Below, one piece after another: positions 56,711-64,000 of a stretch of 64,000 nucleotides of DNA. Numbering within the stretch: position 1 is the first letter of the stretch; each line of letters starts with the position of its first letter. This DNA comes from Alphaproteobacteria bacterium (lineage in GTDB: Bacteria; Pseudomonadota; Alphaproteobacteria; Rs-D84): NCBI GenBank assembly GCA_017471445.1, contig JAFUTJ010000008.1, positions 48,382 to 112,381 on the forward strand, read 5' to 3'. The position numbers and the translations under genes were made by a program. The notes beneath the pieces are model-generated. The model was not told where the DNA came from, searched no databases, and worked only from the letters and a program-made list of their open reading frames with translations.

Positions 56711-57908
56711 TTTTACATTCATCATATATTCTGATAGAATCAGCAATTCTTTGTCGTAAGTACTTCAATCGTGCCGGATTACGCATGTGACTACTGTACA
56801 TAACGCCTTGACTATCAGGAGTATCTGGCTGTTGATATTCTTTTAATTTGTCACTCAATTTTTGTATCAATGTATTTGCATTAAAATCCTTTGCTTCAAG
56901 ATTAGAGAAGAGAACATTATATATTAAACCAAACATATATAAATCCATACTTACAATCGAGCTATACACCGTCTCTAGCCCAAGGGCTCGCACGCTTTCA
57001 TTTAATTTGTCTAATTTTGATTCATATTTGCCATCTGGAAATATGACGTCAAAACCGATGAATGTATCAGAATCATCTTGTTCGGTGACGGATATAATAT
57101 ATCTTTCGTAATAATCTTCGATAGAATAACTATATCCAGATGCAATATTATCTGCACTTTTTGATTTCGCATACTCAGACAACAATGCCATATAACGTAC
57201 AAAGTCTAAATAATTTGATGTGTTCTTAGATGTATTCTTCAGAATTATAAGATTGCTTATCTCTGGTTCAAAGAAATGCGTTAAGTTCTCATTAAGGAAG
57301 TATAGAGAGGTTCGTTTTTCTTGATCGGTTAAAGTAACACCATTCATATTTATATTTCTAAACACAGAAGAATAAAATTTCTGCTGGGCTTGTCTATCAT
57401 TAGTGTTAGGAACAACATATGAAAACCCCAGGTACGTAGATTCCCAAAAATCATCTGGGATATCTATATCTAACTGTTTATATGTCTCTTTGGGAATTCT
57501 ATCCAATATTTGTTGTTTGGTATTTCCTTTTTCAGTTAACATATTAAACCGCCATTCCAGCACATTGTCTAATACAGGTCTTTCTTCGTCGTTTTCATTA
57601 GCATATTGCTTGATAATACTGTTATAAGCCTTTTTGTCAGGGAACAATCCCAAATACATCAAAAATACAGAACTAAGCCTTTGTTGCCCATCAATTATGT
57701 AATTATGTGTAACACCATCAATATTAAAAGAACCGATTATAACAGGCGGAACGAAGTGCTTACTAGACAAACTAGCATACAACTTACCAACCCTTTCCTG
57801 ATTCCAAACATAATACCGCTGATATTCTGGTAATTCAATACTATGTGACAAAATCAAATCTATCCAATGGCGCAAAGAATATTCACCATAGTATACTTTG
57901 TTATCCAT
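56700..57908 (-). CDS. DUF262 (ParB-like nuclease/NTPase domain) protein lacking a DUF1524 domain
   Basis: IELPEYQRYYVWNQERVGKL and IIDGQQRLSS are the DUF262 signature (GmrSD N-terminal module). Start MDNKVYY preceded by AAGGAAG. Confidence 0.75.
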   Translation of the reverse strand: MDNKVYYGEYSLRHWIDLILSHSIELPEYQRYYVWNQERVGKLYASLSSKHFVPPVIIGSFNIDGVTHNYIIDGQQRLSSVFLMYLGLFPDKKAYNSIIKQYANENDEERPVLDNVLEWRFNMLTEKGNTKQQILDRIPKETYKQLDIDIPDDFWESTYLGFSYVVPNTNDRQAQQKFYSSVFRNINMNGVTLTDQEKRTSLYFLNENLTHFFEPEISNLIILKNTSKNTSNYLDFVRYMALLSEYAKSKSADNIASGYSYSIEDYYERYIISVTEQDDSDTFIGFDVIFPDGKYESKLDKLNESVRALGLETVYSSIVSMDLYMFGLIYNVLFSNLEAKDFNANTLIQKLSDKLKEYQQPDTPDSQGVMYSSHMRNPARLKYLRQRIADSIRIYDECKNGN

Positions 57909-58277
57909 AATTACTTCCTTGCATTTATTCACATTTTGCACAAAAGCATATAAAAGTTCAAGAATATTTATCAATTCAACAAGATGTTTTTCTTACAAAT
58001 GGCAAAAAACAACTATTTTTCCACATATAACATAATGGAATTGACCGTCCGCCACATCCATGAAAAAGTCAGATGTCAAACATACACGTAATGTTTCACC
58101 ACACTTAACCTTATATTTTTATGCCACGAATTCTATATATCCATGCATTTAGTGCCACATCATCGGCAAATTTATACCGTTATAAAATATTCGTAAATCA
58201 GGTATAATCTGACAATATAATACTATGAATTATTACCAACAATGTGATATAATCCTGTGGTACAAAGAGGAAATAAA

Positions 58278-60131
58278 ATGTCGGAAATAAATACAGATGA
58301 AATGTTTAAGAAAATAAAAAAGCAAAATGGCGAAGGCGTTGCCAAGGTTTTGCGCAGCGAAGTATTATTAGATATTCCAAACCTGGCACATATTTTAGAA
58401 TTTGCAGGTAATGACCCAGCCAAAATCAAGACGTTGGCACCCGTCATCCGAGAAATATATCAAACAAACAATATATCAGAATATCAGACAGATAAAAACC
58501 CATTGGATTTGTTAAGCGAAGCCGGTTATGACGCATTTGTTGTGACAACAGAAGAAGAAAAAAACTCAATCAAAAAGTATTACAGACCTGGCGAGGAAAT
58601 ATGTACTTTTCGTGACCCACACCGTCATGAAAACTTTTATATGATTCATGCCGTCAAGCGTGGGGCTGATAAAATTGAGCCATCCGACCACCCCGAACGC
58701 GATGATGAATATGGTACATCTGTTATATCAATTCAGATTGCAAAAAGCGGTGGGTTTATTTCAATCAAAAATCGTTATAATCATACTGTAAACAATCCGG
58801 ATGCGACATTTAATAATAACCCGGACAACATTATATATGGGTTATCAGACTCATTAAAAAAACATTTTAATGTGGAATTTAACACAACCAAAAACATTTT
58901 GCCAGACCATTATAGAATGGTAAATGATCAAATCGTATATTTTAACTATGAAATAGACAACGTATATTTCGGTCCAGATTACTATTTTTCGGGCAGCACG
59001 ATTACTAAATTAAACAAAGATTATGAACTTATGCTGGATTATTTTATATTAAACACCAAAAATGGCGAATTAAAACATCCTACTAATTATATATGGATTG
59101 GAACTACTCGTCATATTCTGCAAAATATGATACAAAACAAAAAGATTACTGTTCGTGTCAATAAAGATAACAAGCAAGAGCATATGATTTTTGCGGATGA
59201 TGTTCATGTATTAAGTGTTGAAAATGGCACAATAACAGAAATGAATTTACCGGATTTACAATCGATTGGCGACCATTTCTTGGAGTTCAATCAAAATCTA
59301 AAAAAACTTTATGCGCCGAATCTGAAAACCGTTGACGAGAATTTTTTGGCGAGCAACCAAGCATTAACAGAATTAGATTTGCCATCATTGGAATCTGCTG
59401 GTTATAGTTTTGTGCATGATAACAAACAAATATCAAAACTTAATGCACCAAAACTGGAACGTGTTGACCGCAGTTTTTTACAAGATAACCAGGAACTGAC
59501 CGAACTGGATTTGCCATCATTAAAATTTGTCGATAAGAATTTTGTGCGAGAGAACATACAAATATCAAAACTTAATGCACCAAGCTTGGAAAGTGTTGGC
59601 GATAGTTTTTTACAAGGGAACCAGGGACTGACAGAACTGGATTTGCCATCATTGAAATGTATCGATAATTATTTTATGCAAAGAAACCAACAAATATCAA
59701 AACTTAATGCACCAAACCTGGAACGTATTGGCGATGGTTTTTTATCAAAAAACGAGGGACTGACAGAACTGGATTTGCCATCATTAAAATTTATCGGTAA
59801 GTACTTTTTGTCATCTAATGCTTTTTTAGAAGAGTTGCATTTACCACAATTAGAAAAAATTGGCTTGTTCTTTATGCAGCAGAATAAAAAATTAAGAACC
59901 TTTTATGCACCAAAATTACAACAGAATTACGCCAAATATAAGAATTGTTATGGTGATTGCTTTTTACCAGAAAATACTGAATTAACCGATTTTGTTGTGG
60001 CGAATAAATCTGATTGTCTTAACAAACGGTTATATCTGATAATTGCAAAGAATAAAATCAACCAGAAACTAAAAAATGCTTTAAACCATTTAACAAATAC
60101 AGGTGCCGTGGCACATAATACAAGAAATTAA
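58278..60131 (+). CDS. leucine-rich-repeat protein with unknown ~330-aa N-terminal domain
   Basis: The C-terminal half consists of 22-aa LRRs (LTELDLPSLxxxxxxFLxxNQx / ISKLNAPxLExxxxxFL). Start MSEINT after AGAGGAA. Confidence 0.8.
   Translation: MSEINTDEMFKKIKKQNGEGVAKVLRSEVLLDIPNLAHILEFAGNDPAKIKTLAPVIREIYQTNNISEYQTDKNPLDLLSEAGYDAFVVTTEEEKNSIKKYYRPGEEICTFRDPHRHENFYMIHAVKRGADKIEPSDHPERDDEYGTSVISIQIAKSGGFISIKNRYNHTVNNPDATFNNNPDNIIYGLSDSLKKHFNVEFNTTKNILPDHYRMVNDQIVYFNYEIDNVYFGPDYYFSGSTITKLNKDYELMLDYFILNTKNGELKHPTNYIWIGTTRHILQNMIQNKKITVRVNKDNKQEHMIFADDVHVLSVENGTITEMNLPDLQSIGDHFLEFNQNLKKLYAPNLKTVDENFLASNQALTELDLPSLESAGYSFVHDNKQISKLNAPKLERVDRSFLQDNQELTELDLPSLKFVDKNFVRENIQISKLNAPSLESVGDSFLQGNQGLTELDLPSLKCIDNYFMQRNQQISKLNAPNLERIGDGFLSKNEGLTELDLPSLKFIGKYFLSSNAFLEELHLPQLEKIGLFFMQQNKKLRTFYAPKLQQNYAKYKNCYGDCFLPENTELTDFVVANKSDCLNKRLYLIIAKNKINQKLKNALNHLTNTGAVAHNTRN
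59290..59890 (+). repeat. in-frame 132-bp (44-aa, two LRRs) tandem repeats, at least 4 units
   Basis: gatttgccatcatt recurs at 59376, 59508, 59640 and 59772, an exact 132-nt period. Confidence 0.9.
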
Positions 60132-60313
60132 AGATTAATGCATTAAAATACATATCACGGAATTATGTCCACCATATCGCTTGTTGGTGTACGTTTGTTC
60201 TTGTATATGGGTAATTAATTATTTACCGTTTATACAAAATACATTCAGACAATTGTATATCTGCATACACCGATATATTTGACATATACGTTTTATGCAA
60301 TATAATTACCCAC

Positions 60314-60430
60314 ATGAAACGCATGATATTATTTATACTTGTTGCTGTAACATTTGGTCTGGCCGGGTGCGGGGTAAAGGGCGATTTAAGTCGTACGGAT
60401 TCTTATCCGCGGAATTATCCTGTTTATTAA
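60314..60430 (+). CDS. small lipoprotein (38 aa), LptM/YifL-like
   Basis: My translation gives MKRMILFILVAVTFGLAGCGVKGDLSRTDSYPRNYPVY. Lipobox LAGC followed by G-x-KG-x-L, as in small LptM-type lipoproteins. Below the ORF-track cut-off in this frame. Confidence 0.55.
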   Translation: MKRMILFILVAVTFGLAGCGVKGDLSRTDSYPRNYPVY

Positions 60431-60445
60431 AAAAACAAATAAAAA

Positions 60446-60470
60446 AATCCCCAATTTGGGGATTCTTTAT
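60446..60470. terminator. bidirectional terminator hairpin
   Basis: aatcccc-aattt-ggggatt, flanked by an A7 run on the left and T-rich sequence on the right. It lies between convergent genes. Confidence 0.7.
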
Positions 60471-60471
60471 T

Positions 60472-61455
60472 CTAAAACCATTGCCATGGCTGTAATACTT
60501 TTAATATTCCCATTGCTGTGCGTTTATCTGCAAATGTGTGACCACATCGCGGACATACGATAAACGGTGCAACAACCGCCTTGTATTTCTTGCGTATCAT
60601 TAACCATACATACAACCCGGCAATCCACGCCGCAATAACCAATGCCCATGCGACATATCCGAAATATGTATCAACCGTGCGGGTCAAAATCTGCACAACA
60701 CCGACATCCGATTTTTCCAAATCATTATAGATTTTTACCGCAACCGGCCATGACGATGGCCGCCATGGATATACATGTTTAATCCCATAATTGGTCAGCA
60801 GTGTTGTCCCCAAACCGCCCGAATGTTTGTCTAATTCGGCCTTGATAAATTCATCAATCATCTTATCAACCTCGGTCTGGGCGACTTTGGTCAATTCGTT
60901 TTGTACTTTGTCCAGTTTTTCATTTACCAATTTTGCCGTATCATCAACCTTGGTTATTGTTTTATCCGCCTTGTCTATCGTTTTATCAACAGAATCCAGT
61001 GCCTTGTCCACACCACCGGTTTTAATACCAAATGCGTTTGCCAATCCTGTTAATGATTTCACCGACGCGGTCGTACCCCGTGCATCATCGGTTACGGTCT
61101 TGGCCTTGGCCGTGGTATCGGTAACCTTGGTCACTTGGTCTTGGGCCAACTTCACCTTGTCAATGGCAACACCAATCGGTTTTTCCAGGTTTATAGATTT
61201 CTTTACGCCTTGTAACAATTTTTCATATTGTTCCACAATATTACGCTGTAAATCAAAGAACATTGATACAACCATTGATTTTTTAATCGGCCCAGAATAT
61301 GTCTTTTTCACATACAGCGGGAACCACGCAACAAACAGCAACCATATAATTGAAACAATCGCAAAGATGCGCCGTGCGGTTACGATAACCGAATGCTTTT
61401 TCGCGACGGTTTTCGCGCCATCGTTATCAATAACTTCAACTTGTTTTTTTGGCAT
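60472..61455 (-). CDS. membrane protein with coiled-coil periplasmic/cytoplasmic region and C-terminal CPRC zinc-ribbon-like motif
   Basis: Start MPKKQVEV after AAAGGAG. TM helices IFAIVSIIWLLFVAWF and YVAWALVIAAWIAGLYVWLMI. C-terminal FIVCPRCGHTF. Confidence 0.65.
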   Translation of the reverse strand: MPKKQVEVIDNDGAKTVAKKHSVIVTARRIFAIVSIIWLLFVAWFPLYVKKTYSGPIKKSMVVSMFFDLQRNIVEQYEKLLQGVKKSINLEKPIGVAIDKVKLAQDQVTKVTDTTAKAKTVTDDARGTTASVKSLTGLANAFGIKTGGVDKALDSVDKTIDKADKTITKVDDTAKLVNEKLDKVQNELTKVAQTEVDKMIDEFIKAELDKHSGGLGTTLLTNYGIKHVYPWRPSSWPVAVKIYNDLEKSDVGVVQILTRTVDTYFGYVAWALVIAAWIAGLYVWLMIRKKYKAVVAPFIVCPRCGHTFADKRTAMGILKVLQPWQWF

Positions 61456-61513
61456 AATTTTTTCTCCTTTCATGGCAATGTTATTAAATTGCGACACCGT
61501 AATTCAAGAACTT

Positions 61514-61813
61514 TTATTTTGTACGCTCATTAAAACGCTGAATCATATTTTGATTTATTTCAAAGAATATCTCTTTGTTATTATCTGATTTATTGATGGC
61601 AACAATTTGTTTAACCGCATCATAGTACATCTGGGCACGGCGTTTATCATTAAATGCGTGTATTTCATGGGTTGCAATACCATCATAAGACAATGTCGCC
61701 CCCTGGCGCAGGCACGCCAACGTATAAACAAACGCAGTTTTATTGTTGGTGTTTTTGGCCACGGCCAAATATATTTTATCATCCATACTTAATGTTAAAT
61801 CTGGTGTAATCAT
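61514..61813 (-). CDS. hypothetical protein (99 aa) downstream of tgt
   Basis: The ORF start overlaps the tgt stop by one nucleotide. No family recognised. Confidence 0.5.
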   Translation of the reverse strand: MITPDLTLSMDDKIYLAVAKNTNNKTAFVYTLACLRQGATLSYDGIATHEIHAFNDKRRAQMYYDAVKQIVAINKSDNNKEIFFEINQNMIQRFNERTK

Positions 61814-62925
61814 TATTGTCCGCCGGTATAGTTTCTAATAAATTCCGCCTTGAATTGTTGGAAATTCCCCTGCTCTATTGCTATTCTGATATCACGCATC
61901 AAATCCTGATAGAACCACAGGTTGTGTTGTGTCAGCAATGTTGCGCCCAAAATTTCATTACACTTAATCAGGTGATGAATATATGCCCGCGACAATTTAC
62001 ATGCGGGGCACGCGCATTTTTCATCAATTGGTGATGCATCGTCGCGAAAGCGCGCATTTTTCATATTCATCGTACCATGGCGCGTAAATGCCTGGGCGGT
62101 GCGGCCGGCGCGCGTTGGCATTACACAGTCAAACATATCAATTCCGCGTTCAACCGCGCCCAAGATATCTAACGGTGTCCCAACCCCCATTAAATACCGC
62201 GGTTTATCGGTTGGCAACAACGGCGTTGTTGTTGCAATCATATCAAACATTACATTTTGTGGTTCCCCCACGGCCAGGCCCCCAACCGCATACCCATCAA
62301 ACCCAATTTCGGTTAACGCGCGGGCCGACTTTTCACGTAAATCCGGGAAATCTGCACCTTGAACAATACCAAAGATGCCATAGCCGGGCCGGTCAACAAA
62401 TGCGTCGCGCGAACGTTGCGCCCACCGCGTCACCATATCAACATTTTTTTCAACTTTTTTCCGTTCCGCCGGCAAATGCAGGCATTCATCCAACACCATT
62501 GTGATATTAGAATCCAACTGATGTTGAATATGTACGGAATCTTCGGGCCGCAGGAAATGTTTCACACCGCCATCAATGTGTGAAGTAAATTCAACACCAT
62601 CTTCGCGCATCTTAACCAGGTTGGACAGACTCATCACCTGGAACCCGCCACTGTCGGTCAAAATTGGGCCATGCCATCCACCGAATTTGTGCAACCCGCC
62701 CATTTTTTCAACTAAATCGCCCCCGGGGCGCATCATCAAATGATATGTGTTACCCAAAATCACCTGGGTACCAGTCGCCGCAACCTGGTCCATAGTCAAC
62801 GCCTTGACCGTGGCGGCCGTACCAACCGCCATAAAGGCGGGCGTCTGAAAATCGCCATGGGCGGTATGCACGCATCCGCGGCGCGCATTTCCATCAAATG
62901 TAATCAAATCAAATTTTAATGCCAT
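61813..62925 (-). CDS. tgt: queuine tRNA-ribosyltransferase
   Basis: 370 aa. ARRGCVHTAHGDFQTPAFMAVGTAATVKAL, DSGGFQV and the zinc site C-x-C-x2-C (CACPAC)...H. Confidence 0.95.
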   Translation of the reverse strand: MALKFDLITFDGNARRGCVHTAHGDFQTPAFMAVGTAATVKALTMDQVAATGTQVILGNTYHLMMRPGGDLVEKMGGLHKFGGWHGPILTDSGGFQVMSLSNLVKMREDGVEFTSHIDGGVKHFLRPEDSVHIQHQLDSNITMVLDECLHLPAERKKVEKNVDMVTRWAQRSRDAFVDRPGYGIFGIVQGADFPDLREKSARALTEIGFDGYAVGGLAVGEPQNVMFDMIATTTPLLPTDKPRYLMGVGTPLDILGAVERGIDMFDCVMPTRAGRTAQAFTRHGTMNMKNARFRDDASPIDEKCACPACKLSRAYIHHLIKCNEILGATLLTQHNLWFYQDLMRDIRIAIEQGNFQQFKAEFIRNYTGGQ

Positions 62926-64000
62926 TATTCTGAAATCAATTGTTCATCTGATGTATGTTGTTCCATTATATTATCTGGTTCGGACATGGTTTCATCTGAA
63001 TCCGGAACATCGGGTTCCACGTGCGCACCTGTTCTGCGTTGAATTTGGTATGCCCGCCTAAACAACAGACAGCAATCGCCATACGAAAAGAATCTGTACT
63101 GTTCTGAAATGGCATGCGCATATGCATTCTTAATCTGGTCCAGACCCGAAAACGCCGACACCAACATAAACAGCGTTGATTTCGGCAAATGAAAATTGGT
63201 CAACAACACATCAACCGCGCGCATGCGATACCCGGGACGAATAAAGATATTCGTGCGCCGCGAATATGGCACAACGCGCGTACCACTGCGCAGGTGGCGC
63301 GCCATTTGCGCCGCACTTTCCAATAACCGCAACGACGTTGTCCCCACCGCAATAACACGCGCCGCAGAATTTATAATTTCGGCCTGGGCCTGGGTAATTT
63401 CGCCCCATTCGCTGTGCATTTTGTGGTCATTGACATTTTCGGTTTTCACCGGCATCCACGTGCCCGCACCAACGTGCAACGTTACCTTTAATACCTTGGC
63501 CCCACGGTTTTCAATTTCCTGCATCAATTCGTCGGTAAAGTGCAATCCGGCGGTTGGTGCGGCCATGGACCCCAACGGTTCGGCATATACCGTCTGGTAA
63601 CGTTCTTGGTCTGAATCTTCTTGTTCGCGATGCATATATGGTGGCAAAGGCAATTTCCCAACGCGCTGTAATACGCCGAATACATCATCGCAATGGAATT
63701 TTATTTTTACACCACTGTCACGATTGGTTGATAAAACCTCTATCTCTGTCCCGTCATCTAATGTCAATATTTGCCCACGTTCAAATTTCTTGAACTTGCG
63801 ACACAGCCCCCACCACGTATCATTTGCCAACGCGGTGTGCAATGTAATTTCATGCCCAGATGCCATAAACCGTGCCGGAATAACGCGCGAATTGTTAAAG
63901 ACAACCACATCACCCGGCTGTAAATAATCCAAGAAATCACGAATATGCTTATCTGATATATTCCCTTCGGCATCCATAACCAGCATTCGCGACGCGTCGC
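62925..64000 (-). CDS. queA: S-adenosylmethionine:tRNA ribosyltransferase-isomerase (partial; N-terminus beyond the right edge)
   Basis: ...DASRMLVMDAEGN...GDVVVFNNSRVIPARF...PLPPYM...TAGLHFT...VTLHVGAGTW. The frame stays open to 64000 upstream of the tracked ATG. The stop overlaps the tgt start. Confidence 0.93.
   Translation of the reverse strand, partial: DASRMLVMDAEGNISDKHIRDFLDYLQPGDVVVFNNSRVIPARFMASGHEITLHTALANDTWWGLCRKFKKFERGQILTLDDGTEIEVLSTNRDSGVKIKFHCDDVFGVLQRVGKLPLPPYMHREQEDSDQERYQTVYAEPLGSMAAPTAGLHFTDELMQEIENRGAKVLKVTLHVGAGTWMPVKTENVNDHKMHSEWGEITQAQAEIINSAARVIAVGTTSLRLLESAAQMARHLRSGTRVVPYSRRTNIFIRPGYRMRAVDVLLTNFHLPKSTLFMLVSAFSGLDQIKNAYAHAISEQYRFFSYGDCCLLFRRAYQIQRRTGAHVEPDVPDSDETMSEPDNIMEQHTSDEQLISE

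Larger units (their letters stand above)
15850..60250. other. mosaic accessory region (defence, toxin and mobile-element genes plus many pseudogenes) between the fabI block and the tgt/queA block
   Basis: The sequence shifts to visibly more AT-rich DNA. The region is dense in recombinases, R-M, Fic and HEPN genes and in broken genes. The boundaries are approximate. Confidence 0.6.

Noticed and set aside
59290-59890. Regularly spaced repeats that might suggest a CRISPR array
   Set aside because: The period is 132 bp and the sequence is continuous with no unique spacers. It is in frame inside a long ORF encoding LRR units. I saw no CRISPR-like repeat/spacer structure anywhere in the window.
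60791-61588. 265-aa plus-strand ORF (Ser/Thr/Val-rich) opposite the 60472-61455 gene
   Set aside because: The minus-strand reading has an RBS, TM helices, a coherent coiled-coil region and a CPRC motif. The plus-strand product is low-complexity.

Overview
A 64-kb chromosomal window from an AT-rich bacterium. The LRR and Fic proteins and the widespread gene decay suggest a host-associated proteobacterium, but this is a low-confidence inference. Two housekeeping blocks sit at the ends. The left block (1-15.8 kb) carries a TatD-like hydrolase, ackA, an MFS transporter, an M48 protease, recG, fabI, two HxlR-linked redox modules and tRNA-Lys, tRNA-Glu and tRNA-Asp. The right block (60.3-64 kb) carries tgt and queA. 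Between them lies about 44 kb of visibly more AT-rich mosaic accessory DNA. It contains: (1) a MuF-motif/Tlde1-type peptidoglycan toxin with a candidate immunity gene; (2) Fic genes (one broken, one intact); (3) a decayed methylase + GIY-YIG/helicase R-M system; (4) a TIR-like + RloC/PrrC-like ATPase pair, my best candidate for an undescribed defence cassette; (5) a P4-like tyrosine integrase/AlpA module and a large serine recombinase flanking tRNA-Asn; (6) a Type I R-M operon with an (AG)7 repeat exactly at the hsdS TRD1/TRD2 junction, followed by a coupled HEPN-like gene; (7) a DUF262 + HEPN pair; (8) two inverted paralogous small serine recombinases; (9) an LRR protein with 132-bp tandem repeats. 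Many accessory genes carry nonsense codons or frameshifts, several of them at G/C homopolymer tracts. These could be real contingency loci or homopolymer sequencing errors. No rRNA genes or CRISPR arrays were seen. All family assignments come from motif recognition by eye; no database search was run.
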